Shown: positions 26,974 through 36,977, counted from the first letter of the stretch. The stretch is 64,000 nucleotides of DNA from Candidatus Velthaea sp. (GCA_965214935.1 CBDCCS010000021.1:353772-417771), one strand, 5' to 3'. Numbers and translations are program-made. Notes: generated by a model from the sequence alone, not told the origin.

Positions 26974-28301
26974 TCGTGAAGACTTTCAATATCCTTAAGA
27001 GCATCCATAGTAAGATCGACTCCGCCTGCATTGGCAACCGGATCCGTAACGACGACGGAGATGCCGCGCGCTTGAGCGACCAGCCGCACCTCGCGTCCGA
27101 TCTGCGCGACCATCTGTCCGTAGAGGTCGGCACGCTTGCGGCTTAACGTCGCAATCTGCGCCGCTGCGCCGCTCTGCGCGCCGGCATCGATGCCGCGCAG
27201 CTGTTCGTAGCGACGCCGCAGGTCTTCGCGCGTTCGATTGAAATCGTCGATCGTTGACTTTGCATCGGCATTGAATTGTTTTTGATAATCGGAATGCAGT
27301 GCAGCGATCGTCGCGCGGACTTGCGGCGAAAGCGCGGTTGCAGCCGGTCCGGACGCGATTGCAGCCGGACCGTTTGCAGCAGCGAACGGATTGCCCGCGA
27401 ACTGCTTGCGGATATCTTGTTCGCGTAGCGTTAACTTGCTGAGCGAGCGATTGTGTATTTCGCCGGCTTTGGCTTGCATATCGTGTTGCACGCCGCTGCG
27501 CAATTGCGCGCCGAGCGTTGCCAACGTTTGAGCATCGCGATTTTTGAGCGCCGCAAGCGAATCGGCTTCGCCCCGGTCTAACGCGCTAATTTGATTGCGC
27601 ACGTCGTCGCGTTGCGTATCGTCGAGTGCCAAACTCGAAAGGCGCGTGCGCAACGACAGTCGCGTTGCGGCATTACGGCTCGCCAGCTCGAGCGACAGTG
27701 CCGATTCCTTTGCCGACAACCGGTCCTGTTCGGCACGAAAGCGCCGCTGGGCCCGGTCGGCTAAGGTTTTTTGCGCCGCGACAAGTTCGCCGTTATCTTG
27801 CGCGATGAGCGTCCGGCGATACGAATCGAAGTCGCGATTGGCTTGCGCCCCGACAGTCGCTGATTGGCTCTGGGCCGTTGTTGCAATCCGGCGCGCGATG
27901 ACGGCCGCTGACGGTGCATTGTTGGCCGAGGATGAAAGCGCCAGCGCGATCGCCCGTTGCTCGCGCACTTGATAGCGTTGCGACTTCTCTTGCAATAAGC
28001 GGCGCGTACGGCCGGCGGCAACGGTTAGTTCGTCTTGCAGCACCGCTTCTTCTTTGACGATCGACGCATCGGGCTTGGCAACTTCAGGGACGACGGCTTG
28101 CAAATCGAGCGCCGCAATACTTTCGTCGTAACCGCTCAGTTGCGAATACAGCGGGTGATGCTTGACCAAATCGATCATCCGCACGTAACCGACCGCGCCC
28201 GCCGGTGACGCCAAAGAGACCGGCGACGGCTGCGCGGGCTTCGCGCACGCCGTTACGACCGCAAAGCCCGCGCAGCATAACCAGGCAGCGCGGCGGCGGA
28301 T
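26970..28301 (-). CDS. Long coiled-coil OmpH/Skp-like protein (predicted lipoprotein)
   Basis: VGYVRMIDLVKHHPLY at the N-terminus, long coiled coil, C-terminal VAQARGISVV..GGVDLT. The frame upstream of track start 28214 encodes a lipoprotein signal (RRRAAWLCCAGFAVVTAC). Confidence 0.72.
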   Translation of the reverse strand: MRRRAAWLCCAGFAVVTACAKPAQPSPVSLASPAGAVGYVRMIDLVKHHPLYSQLSGYDESIAALDLQAVVPEVAKPDASIVKEEAVLQDELTVAAGRTRRLLQEKSQRYQVREQRAIALALSSSANNAPSAAVIARRIATTAQSQSATVGAQANRDFDSYRRTLIAQDNGELVAAQKTLADRAQRRFRAEQDRLSAKESALSLELASRNAATRLSLRTRLSSLALDDTQRDDVRNQISALDRGEADSLAALKNRDAQTLATLGAQLRSGVQHDMQAKAGEIHNRSLSKLTLREQDIRKQFAGNPFAAANGPAAIASGPAATALSPQVRATIAALHSDYQKQFNADAKSTIDDFNRTREDLRRRYEQLRGIDAGAQSGAAAQIATLSRKRADLYGQMVAQIGREVRLVAQARGISVVVTDPVANAGGVDLTMDALKDIESLHE

Positions 28302-28309
28302 CGGTGTAC

Positions 28310-29113
28310 CTATTTGAACGCCGCCGTAACGTCCGCGGTGATATCCTGTCCGCCGTAAATGATGTTGCCGCGATCGATAACGAGCGTCAGCCCCTTCTTC
28401 TTTGCCACATCGCCGATGACGCTACGCGTCTGGTCGACCACCGGTTTGATCACCTGCTCGGAGCGCGCGTCGAGCGTTTTCTTATAGTCGGCGAAGATCG
28501 CTTGACGGTCGGCTTCGGTTTTGGCGCCTTTGAGCTTTGCCTGCGCGGTTTGATCTTGGCCGGCTTTGAATTTACTAAAATCGTCCTGCGCCGCCTTAAC
28601 CTTGCTCAGCCCATCGATCGCACGTTGATCGACATAGCCGACGCTCGAGGGCGCGGGCGTCGAAATCGGCGGAACCGGATCGCCCGGGCTCGTCATGAGA
28701 TCGCGCACGTTGCCGGTGATGTCGGCGCCACCGAAAACGACGATGCGCTTATCGACGACCACGGACAGATTTTTGCTCGATGCCACCGAGGCAATCGCCG
28801 TCTGCGCTTTGGCAAAAAGCGGACCGACCAGCCGCTGCTGCTCCTGGGCCAAACGGCCTTGAAACTCTTGACCCAGCTGCGCTTGCTGTTGGGCGTTCGC
28901 GCGCCGGGCCCGGCCGAGATACTCTGTCTGCAGACGCTTCTGAATATCGGCGAATTGCCGGTTGGCCGTCTGAAAACTCGGCAGCGACGCTAAGGCAGCT
29001 TGATCGACGAAGCCAATGTCGCTTACGTCGGCGGCAAGCGCAGCAGGAGCGGCCAGAAGCGCGGCGGCGGCGGCAACGAGCGCGACAGCGCGCCCAAACG
29101 AAAATCGAAACAT
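28310..29113 (-). CDS. skp: Tandem-domain OmpH/Skp chaperone
   Basis: Signal peptide and two repeats (IGFVDQ..FGGADIT; VGYVDQ..YGGQDIT). Confidence 0.85.
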   Translation of the reverse strand: MFRFSFGRAVALVAAAAALLAAPAALAADVSDIGFVDQAALASLPSFQTANRQFADIQKRLQTEYLGRARRANAQQQAQLGQEFQGRLAQEQQRLVGPLFAKAQTAIASVASSKNLSVVVDKRIVVFGGADITGNVRDLMTSPGDPVPPISTPAPSSVGYVDQRAIDGLSKVKAAQDDFSKFKAGQDQTAQAKLKGAKTEADRQAIFADYKKTLDARSEQVIKPVVDQTRSVIGDVAKKKGLTLVIDRGNIIYGGQDITADVTAAFK

Positions 29114-29115
29114 CG

Positions 29116-31380
29116 TTAGAAGCTCTGACCGATTCCGAAAGCCGTGTGCGTACCTTGTGAACCTTTGGCGAAGTCGAGCCGGATCGTGCGCAGGCCGAGC
29201 TGCGGCACATCAAAGCGCAAGCCTAAGCCAAGATCGCTATGAAACGAAAATAAGGCATAGTTCACGATATTACCGTTGGTATCGATACCGGCGCTTGCCC
29301 CACGAATACGCGTACCTCCGGTTTCGGCAAAACCGACGACCGCGAATTTGCGATCCGACGTGAGCGGCACGCGCAACTCCGACTGGAATAGCGCCTCGTC
29401 GGTACCGTAGAAAACGTCGGTGTAGCCGCGCAAATCCTGATCCGAAAAGGTAAAGATTTTATTGGTCGGGATTGCGCCCGTTGAGGTACCGCCGCGGAAG
29501 TGCACGCCGAACGTGGCGTTCTTGAAGGTCGGAAAAAACTTGGCGACATCGAGGACGTACTGACTGTATTGAAATGCCGAGCCGATTGCCTTCGTACTGA
29601 TTTCATCCGAGAAGGTCAGATTCGTTCCGCGCCGCGGATTGAACACGTCGTCCCGGTTATCGACCCCAAAGCCGAGCGAAACGGAGTGCAACGCATAGCT
29701 CTTTCCGGCTTGCGTCACGGCCAGCGACGGCGCGGCGATACCGAGCGCCGAGGTATCTTGGCACGACGACGACAGCAGCGAGGTTCCCGAGACGCAGGCG
29801 CTTCCGACAAGCGACGCATCGTTCGAGGTGCCGAAATAGTACGGTGAGGGGACCTGCGCTTGCGATGCGACCGACGAGATGTTGACGCCGAGCGACGTGC
29901 GGAACACATCGCTCAGACGGCGGCCGGTCGAAAGGTTGATGCCCGTCGAACGTGCTTGATACGTTGCGGCAACGCCGCCGACTTGGCTCGCCGTCGTCCC
30001 GTTCACCGGAACGATTGAAACTTCGGTCGGCGCATTTGCGGCCGGAGCCGGGGCGCCGGCGACCGGCGCGGGCGTCGGAACGACGTAGACCGGATAGTAA
30101 TTCGTCTGCGAGTTGGTAAAAATCGTGCCGCCAAAACTATACCGCTGCGATTGCTCGGTTTTGCCGACGTACGGAACCGTTACGGAGATCGACGCATCGG
30201 TGATACGAGCGCCGCGCTCGACTTTGATCGAGCCGCCGTTTCCCGTACCGTTGATATTGTTCTGGGAGTAGGATAACGTACCGGTCAGACCGGTGCCGGT
30301 CAAACCGCCCGAATAGCCGGCGCCGATCTGAGCCGTACCGGTTCGCTGCTCTTTGACTTGCCAGTTGAGGGTATGCAGCGCAGGCTTAGCCGGATCGGGA
30401 CCGGGCTTATCGTTGAGTTCGACCTTCTCGAAAAAACCGAGATTGTTGAGCCGGTCGTAGTCGCGCCGAACGCCGGAGTCGGTAATGAGCATGCCCGGCC
30501 GCAGACGCAACTCGCGCCGGATGACGTCGTCGTGAGTGACGGTATTGCCGGTTATTTCGACGGCGCCGACGCGCATGACCGAAATCGTGTACTGCACGTC
30601 GGCGGTTCCCGCTTCTTTATCGATACTCGATTGTACGATGCCGGCCTCGAAGTCGCCGATTTGCAGATCGTACTGCTTGTAGAGGTCTTTAAGCCGGTCG
30701 ACGTCTTTGTCGCGCTGATCCTCGGAATACGGGGTTCCGGGTTTGGTCAGCAGCACGGACCGGATGAGGTTCGGATTGAGCAGCGGATCGCCGGCAGGCG
30801 GCCCGGCGACGAGCACGTTCCGCACGACCAAGCCTTCGCGCACTTTAAGTGCCAGCATGCCTTGCGCGTCGATGTTTACATCCGCGACGTGCGTCGGCAC
30901 CTGACCGCCATAGCCGATCTTATCGTAGTAGGAATTGATCTTGAGTACGTCTTGCTGATAGGTCTTGAGATTGAAGACTTGTCCGGTCGCTGTATCCATG
31001 AGCGCTAGCAGCGTATCGGCCGGTACGTGTGCGTTACCGCTGAACGCGATGCGCGTAACGACCGGGTTTTCGATGACCCGGAAGGTAATTGCGACGCCTT
31101 CCGGCCGTTGCTTGATGACCGGCGGCGCTTGATCCGAGAAAAAACCCAGGTCGTTGATCGCGCGTAGATCGTCCTGAACGACGGCCGGGTTGAACGGATC
31201 GCCCGGCTTGCTCTTGACGACGGCCAGAATGCGATCGGTCGGTACGTGGGCGTTTCCGGTGACGGATACCGCAACGATCGTCGGCGCTTGAGGCTGTGCA
31301 AATGCCGGCGGCATCACAAGTCCGAGAAATATCAGCGCGGAGAGCACAATCCGTTGCACGCGACAAGACCAATGGAACAA
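29116..31380 (-). CDS. bamA: Omp85/BamA outer membrane protein assembly factor
   Basis: Signal peptide, POTRA repeats (VTGN, FSGN, ITGNTVT..IRREL), LRGY lid motif, GLGLRF, C-terminal GIGQSF. SD AAGGA before TTG. Confidence 0.92.
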   Translation of the reverse strand: MFHWSCRVQRIVLSALIFLGLVMPPAFAQPQAPTIVAVSVTGNAHVPTDRILAVVKSKPGDPFNPAVVQDDLRAINDLGFFSDQAPPVIKQRPEGVAITFRVIENPVVTRIAFSGNAHVPADTLLALMDTATGQVFNLKTYQQDVLKINSYYDKIGYGGQVPTHVADVNIDAQGMLALKVREGLVVRNVLVAGPPAGDPLLNPNLIRSVLLTKPGTPYSEDQRDKDVDRLKDLYKQYDLQIGDFEAGIVQSSIDKEAGTADVQYTISVMRVGAVEITGNTVTHDDVIRRELRLRPGMLITDSGVRRDYDRLNNLGFFEKVELNDKPGPDPAKPALHTLNWQVKEQRTGTAQIGAGYSGGLTGTGLTGTLSYSQNNINGTGNGGSIKVERGARITDASISVTVPYVGKTEQSQRYSFGGTIFTNSQTNYYPVYVVPTPAPVAGAPAPAANAPTEVSIVPVNGTTASQVGGVAATYQARSTGINLSTGRRLSDVFRTSLGVNISSVASQAQVPSPYYFGTSNDASLVGSACVSGTSLLSSSCQDTSALGIAAPSLAVTQAGKSYALHSVSLGFGVDNRDDVFNPRRGTNLTFSDEISTKAIGSAFQYSQYVLDVAKFFPTFKNATFGVHFRGGTSTGAIPTNKIFTFSDQDLRGYTDVFYGTDEALFQSELRVPLTSDRKFAVVGFAETGGTRIRGASAGIDTNGNIVNYALFSFHSDLGLGLRFDVPQLGLRTIRLDFAKGSQGTHTAFGIGQSF

Positions 31381-31611
31381 GCTGTTTCGTCCTTATTACT
31401 TTATGACCGGCATCGTTAGAAGCGCATTCTTTGCGTCACGGGCCGACCGCGTACCGCGGCGGACTGCGCCGAATCGCGCTGCCTGCGAGCGGCACAAACG
31501 CAATCTGCGCGACGCACCGGCTCACAGGGCGGACGGCGCACGATTCAAAAAATCGATGCGAAGCGCGTTCTTGAAACTAACGCGCGCGGAGCAGCGTGCG
31601 TTCCGGGGCGA

Positions 31612-31617
31612 ATTATA
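31612..31617 (-). promoter_or_regulatory. Putative -10 element (TATAAT) for the bamA-skp-lpx operon
   Basis: Perfect TATAAT on the minus strand in the 300-bp tamB-bamA gap. No clear -35. Confidence 0.45.
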
Positions 31618-31679
31618 CACCCCCGCCGGGACGGCCTGGTACCGGCATTCATTAGAAGTCCATGAGCGCGGCAACGCGA

Positions 31680-34600
31680 TTACAACCGGCGGTTAAAATC
31701 GAGCGAGAAGCCCGACCGATTGCCCAACGGCTGAACGCTCGTAAAGCGTCGCGTGGTGCTCGAAAACAGCGACGCGCCCGGCGTCTGGTTGGTAATGAGC
31801 GAAGTGACGCCGTTCTGCTGATAAAACGTGAATTTGAGCGACTCGAGCGGGCGTGGTACCAGCTCAAAGCCGAAATTCGAGCGCTCGGGATATGTAACGG
31901 TCTGGCTCAAAAACCCGTAAAAATCCCGCTTCCCGATTTGACGCCGCAGCGAATAGCCGAGCCCGCCGCCGTAATCGACCGTGAATTCAACATCCGACAA
32001 GCCGAAGACGCGAGCGAAGACGCGTTCGACGGGGTTCAACGCGCGCTGTGTGAACTGTCCGTTGAGCAGCGAGAACACTTCTTGATTGAACGAAATCGCG
32101 CTGACTTGCTCGGGTGTCACGCCGGGCGGAAGCAGCGCATTGGTCTCGCCCGGGGCGCCGCGCAGGAGATCGGCGCTCGAGCCGCCGTTCAAATTGAAAT
32201 TCACGGCTCCTAGCAATGCCGGAACGTCGAGCAGCAGGCCGACGATTTGCTCGGCGCTATACGGCGGGTCGGACGAATAGCTGACTTGCAAGTTGTTCTG
32301 ATCCGGCGTACCGCTCACCGTGACGACGATCGTTGCGCTGCCCGCGATATTTCGGCTGGGATCCGGGTCGGGATCCGTGACCCGGGCGGTGGCCCGAGCG
32401 TCGATCGTCGGTAGCACGCCGTCGGCGGGGTCGAAGGTTGCCGAAGCATCGACGATGCGAAAAATATGGTTGTAACTCGAAACGGTGCCGTCCGTCGCGC
32501 TGAATGCCCCTGCAAGCTGGGGCGCCCGCAGGCGACCCGTCACATCGACGGCTCCGCTCAGCCCGACATCAACGATTGCGTTGCGGATCCGCACGTTTCG
32601 GCCGGCGACGGCATGAATATCGAGTTGCGGATCGATTGCGAGGCGACCGCTCGCGCTCGTCCCGCCGGGCGCAAGACCGCCGCCGTACACCGCGGCGACC
32701 GGAATCACCGCATCGTGCAAGTCGATCGATCCGGCAACCAGCGGCGCATGCGCACCACCGGTCAAATGCAGTTCCCCATCGAGCGTGCCGCGGCCGTACG
32801 CCGGAAAGTCGAGTCGCGCGGCGGAGGCGCGAACCGCGAGCGCATATCCCGGCGGCTGGGACCCGAACGGCAGCGTGATGCTGCCGCCGGCATCGAGCGT
32901 CCCGCCGCCGACCGCGGCGTGAAACGTCTGCAGCGCGATGCTGCTTCCCTTAAATGCCAGGGCCGCATCGAAATGCGCGATCGGCGCGCGCTCGAAGGCC
33001 GAGCGGTACGAACCGTTCGCAATTGCAATCGAGCCGAGCATTTGCGGCCGGTCGACGGTTCCCGCGACGCCGAACCGGCCGTCGATCGTGCCGCCGAGCG
33101 CGGTACCGTTCGGAAGCAGCGGACGAAATTGCGCTAAATCGACATTGTGCGCCGTAACGTCAAACGAGAGCCGCGCGCGACGCGGCCCGAGGGCAAACGG
33201 CTGCAACGTCAGCGGCAGCGACCCGGCGATAAACGCTTGACCGCGGGTGAACTCGACGTCGACGTCGCGCAGCTCGACGGCATTGCCCGCGATCGCCAAC
33301 GCACCGATCGTGCGTGGAACCGTGAAGCTGCCGTAGCGCGCGTCGGTGAGCTCGAATCCGCCGGCGATCGCTGGTTGCGAGCGCGTTCCGGTCAGGCGAA
33401 TATCGGACTCGAACGCCCCGGCCAGATCGAGCGTGCGCGTCGCCGGCAGCAACGTGCGGATCGCCGGGCCGACGTCGCTGGTTCGAGCGCGCAAATCGAA
33501 ATTGAGCGGATCGCTTGTCGCGGCACCTATCGTACCGCTGCCCGTCAAGGTAGCGAAGCCCAGATCGGCGCTACCCGCGTCGACGGCAACGCGCGAACCA
33601 CGGCTCGTCGCCCGGAGGCTTGCGGCGCGAACCGCGTAGCCCGCGATGTTGCCGTTCGTAAGCCGGGCATCAAGGCGGGTCCGGATTGCGGGAAACGTTC
33701 CGGCGAGGCCGATTTGTGCGTCAACCGTACCAAGGACCGGCTGCGAAATGCCCGCCGAGGGCAGCCAAACGCCGAGATCGACCTGCCCGAGCATTCCTTG
33801 TACGTCGTAGGTCGCGTGCCGCAAGGCGGAAGCCAGTTGCGTTCCGCGCGGCACCACCGACCCGGTTGCCTGGAGATTTCCGGCCGGCCCGTGCACCAGA
33901 ACGCGCCCGCGAACGGCGGATCGATCTTGGCGCCAATCGGCGGCGGTGTCACCGAGGGTATAGTTGCGATACCGTACGCCACGCAGCCCGATGCTGCCGC
34001 CGGTCGCAAAACCGCGCCGGCCGCCCGCGAACGTGAAGTCGACCCGGCCGCGCCCGGCAAGCGTGTCGCCGGCATCGAAGAAATCGTTGAAATCCGCTAA
34101 GTCGACACGAGTCGATCGCGCTCGCAGGAAGTATCCGCCTTGGCCGATGCCGGCGCTAAGCGCCGCGTTTGTCGAGCCGACGGTTACGGCCCCGCGCCGC
34201 ACCTCGACCCCGGCTGGGTCGAGGGCGAGCGCCATGTGCCCGTCGCGGAAGGCCAAGCCGTTGAACACCCCTTCGGGGGCATCAAGCGTCCCGTCCACAA
34301 CCGGCCGAACGCCGCTTCCACGCATCTGTAAATCGGCCGAAAAGCTGCCGGCTAAATGCGGCACGCGCAAACCCAAGTCGGCTCGCAACGTGCCGACGTC
34401 GCCCAGCGGGACGCGCGTCGTAAGGAAATACCGCAGAGCGCGCTCGCCGATGCCGTCAATCGCGCCGCCGATCGAGCCGTAGGTCGAGCCTAAGGCACCG
34501 GTTGCCGCGACGATCGTCGCGTGGGTGCCGTTGAGATCGACTTGGACGTCGCCGCCGACACGGTAACCCCGCGCTCGCCCACCGGTCACGGCAACGGTCC

Positions 34601-36977
34601 CTCGAAATGCCGGGCGGGCCGCGTGCAGATCGGCGACACCGAACACGGATACCCGTCCGGCTTCGAGCGGCAACCCGGTGCCGCGCAGCGCAGCTGCGGA
34701 CAGGTCGGGCGCCGAGACCGCGATATGCCCGCCGTATTGCCGCGCAACGGCGGGCCGTCCGCCGATCGACCCCGCGGCAACGACCGACGGGACGCCGTCC
34801 GGGCGAATACGGAGCGTTCCGCTCAAGCGGGAGAATGCAACGCCGCGGATTGTTGCGTCGCGTAGTTGTGCCGCGGGCGATTGTACGACGATCGTGCCGT
34901 TCGCGAGCGTTGCTAGAACCGGTCCGCTGACGATTCCATGCGCGAGTTGCTGACCGCTCAGCGGCGTCAATCGTTCGAGCGTGCCCGTGTAAGCGCCGTC
35001 CAAAGCCAAACGGCCGGCGGTTGCAGCGGCGCTGCCGCGAAAACGGCCGATCGGTCCATCGAAGACGAGTCCGCCCAGCCGCACGTCGCGAAGCGTGCCG
35101 CCGATATCGGTCCGACCCGTACCCAGTGCCGCGCGACCAACTTGCAGATCGCTGCCCTGTAACGAACCGCTTAAGGCAAATGCACTCGGCGGCCCGCCCG
35201 CGACCACATTGGTATCGAGCATCCCGGCGATGGGCGGAAACCCCGGAAAAGCCAGACCGATCAATTTCGCCGAGGCCGGCGGTACGCTGACACGGTATCG
35301 GTCGGCGGTGAGCCAGGCTGCGCTGCGCGACGTCGGGCGATCGAGCCGCAGGGCGCCGGCGATCGACGATCCGTCGCTGCGACGAATGGTAAGCGGCCCG
35401 AACTCTCCCGCGCCGCGCTCGTTGACGGCGAAGGCACCACTGCCGGCAACGTCTCGACCGTGAAGGCCGAGCGCACCTTCAGCGCGGTAACCGGCGCTGC
35501 CGCCGCGGATTAGAGCCGTGACGGCAACGCCGGCCTCCGGCGCCAAGTTCTCGGTATACGGCAGTGCGGTTCCCGGCGCTTCGGCGGCGATCGCGAGCGC
35601 CGAGTCGGGGATCGGCGCTCCGAGGAGATAGCGCCCTCCGAGATGCAGTGCAACCCGCCCGTAGCGTGCATGCACGGCATCGAGCACGACCGTTGACGCG
35701 TGGTAATCCGCCCGTCCGGCAACATCGGTCAGCGGCACCGCGCCGTACCAGCCCTGCCGGACTTGCAAGGCCGTTCGGACCAGCACGCCGCTCAGCGGCG
35801 CTTCGACGAGCGTCTCGACGTGTGCCCGGCCGCGCAGCGGCGCGTTGAGCGAAAAGTTAAACAGCGTCCGGAAATTCAGTAAGTCGCCGTCCGCAGCGAC
35901 TCCCAGACGCAGCGTCGGCTGCTTCCAATCATAGGCGGCGCCGCGCGCGACGAGCGGGACGTGCGCGAGCGTGCCGGCGAGCCGTGTGGTCGCCAGACCG
36001 CCGTCGGTAAAGACGATACGTCCGTGCAAGCCGTTCAGCGGCGGCCGCAGGGCGGAAAAAAGCAGTCTGCCGCCGCGCAAATCGGCCGTTCCGCCGACAT
36101 GGATGTCGGGAGCTTCGCCGCGGCCCAAATTTAGCGCAAACACCCGGACGTCGAGTGCGTGCAAGGCTCCGGCTTCGACCCGAACGGCCGGACTGTGCGA
36201 GATGAAATCGGCCAAGCCACGCAACGGCAAAGCTGCGGCGCGCAGGCGAATTATTGCTAGCCCCCGTCGGGCGTCACTCATTGCGCGCAGCGCGATCGGC
36301 CACGCGGCCGGCCTGCCGGGGTATCCGCCGGCCGCCCGAACGTTTGCGCTGCCCATTGCCCGCGATTTGCCGTCCGAGGCAACGTGCGCATCGAGCGTAA
36401 CACCGACGATGTGCTGCTCGCGCAAATCCGGCGCCACCGGAAGCCGGTCGGCGAGGATAATCGAGCCGTCCCGAATGTGCAGGCGAAAGTCGAGCGGCGA
36501 ACCGCCGGCTGTCCGTCCGGCACCCGCACCGGCTTTCTGCCCGGCATACGTCGAAATGTTGTAGCGACCGTCGGTCCGGCGGACGATCGTGAGTGTCGGT
36601 GCCTCGGCAACAATTGCCGTCAAGCCGAAGCGGTGCCGTCCCGTCAGGAACACATCGTGTAACGCGTAGCGCACGTCGAGCCGCCGTACGTCCAATAGCG
36701 GGTCACCGTCATTGAGGTGAACGTGCAGATCGTCAATGACGATCTGCGTCGGGCCGATGACGAAGTGTCCGAAATCGGCGCGGCCGCCCAGCGCGGCTCC
36801 GAGCGCGCGCGAAAGAAAGAAGCCGGCCAGCGCATGGCGTCCGAACAACGCGCCGATTGCGATAATAGCAACGATGAGCAGCACGCGCGTCCGGTTGAAC
36901 GCGCGGTGCGCCGCAGGTTGCGGTGCGTCCGTGCGTTGCGTGTCGACGGTCGCGGGCGTGCGGCCATGCGTCTTCAT
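31680..36977 (-). CDS. tamB: TamB/AsmA-like translocation and assembly module protein (1765 aa)
   Basis: N-terminal TM anchor, long Gly-rich beta-strand repeats, C-terminal DUF490-like region (LSGAVDVTG..PQLAG, YSSDPPYSAEQIVGLL), upstream of bamA. Confidence 0.85.
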   Translation of the reverse strand: MKTHGRTPATVDTQRTDAPQPAAHRAFNRTRVLLIVAIIAIGALFGRHALAGFFLSRALGAALGGRADFGHFVIGPTQIVIDDLHVHLNDGDPLLDVRRLDVRYALHDVFLTGRHRFGLTAIVAEAPTLTIVRRTDGRYNISTYAGQKAGAGAGRTAGGSPLDFRLHIRDGSIILADRLPVAPDLREQHIVGVTLDAHVASDGKSRAMGSANVRAAGGYPGRPAAWPIALRAMSDARRGLAIIRLRAAALPLRGLADFISHSPAVRVEAGALHALDVRVFALNLGRGEAPDIHVGGTADLRGGRLLFSALRPPLNGLHGRIVFTDGGLATTRLAGTLAHVPLVARGAAYDWKQPTLRLGVAADGDLLNFRTLFNFSLNAPLRGRAHVETLVEAPLSGVLVRTALQVRQGWYGAVPLTDVAGRADYHASTVVLDAVHARYGRVALHLGGRYLLGAPIPDSALAIAAEAPGTALPYTENLAPEAGVAVTALIRGGSAGYRAEGALGLHGRDVAGSGAFAVNERGAGEFGPLTIRRSDGSSIAGALRLDRPTSRSAAWLTADRYRVSVPPASAKLIGLAFPGFPPIAGMLDTNVVAGGPPSAFALSGSLQGSDLQVGRAALGTGRTDIGGTLRDVRLGGLVFDGPIGRFRGSAAATAGRLALDGAYTGTLERLTPLSGQQLAHGIVSGPVLATLANGTIVVQSPAAQLRDATIRGVAFSRLSGTLRIRPDGVPSVVAAGSIGGRPAVARQYGGHIAVSAPDLSAAALRGTGLPLEAGRVSVFGVADLHAARPAFRGTVAVTGGRARGYRVGGDVQVDLNGTHATIVAATGALGSTYGSIGGAIDGIGERALRYFLTTRVPLGDVGTLRADLGLRVPHLAGSFSADLQMRGSGVRPVVDGTLDAPEGVFNGLAFRDGHMALALDPAGVEVRRGAVTVGSTNAALSAGIGQGGYFLRARSTRVDLADFNDFFDAGDTLAGRGRVDFTFAGGRRGFATGGSIGLRGVRYRNYTLGDTAADWRQDRSAVRGRVLVHGPAGNLQATGSVVPRGTQLASALRHATYDVQGMLGQVDLGVWLPSAGISQPVLGTVDAQIGLAGTFPAIRTRLDARLTNGNIAGYAVRAASLRATSRGSRVAVDAGSADLGFATLTGSGTIGAATSDPLNFDLRARTSDVGPAIRTLLPATRTLDLAGAFESDIRLTGTRSQPAIAGGFELTDARYGSFTVPRTIGALAIAGNAVELRDVDVEFTRGQAFIAGSLPLTLQPFALGPRRARLSFDVTAHNVDLAQFRPLLPNGTALGGTIDGRFGVAGTVDRPQMLGSIAIANGSYRSAFERAPIAHFDAALAFKGSSIALQTFHAAVGGGTLDAGGSITLPFGSQPPGYALAVRASAARLDFPAYGRGTLDGELHLTGGAHAPLVAGSIDLHDAVIPVAAVYGGGLAPGGTSASGRLAIDPQLDIHAVAGRNVRIRNAIVDVGLSGAVDVTGRLRAPQLAGAFSATDGTVSSYNHIFRIVDASATFDPADGVLPTIDARATARVTDPDPDPSRNIAGSATIVVTVSGTPDQNNLQVSYSSDPPYSAEQIVGLLLDVPALLGAVNFNLNGGSSADLLRGAPGETNALLPPGVTPEQVSAISFNQEVFSLLNGQFTQRALNPVERVFARVFGLSDVEFTVDYGGGLGYSLRRQIGKRDFYGFLSQTVTYPERSNFGFELVPRPLESLKFTFYQQNGVTSLITNQTPGASLFSSTTRRFTSVQPLGNRSGFSLDFNRRL

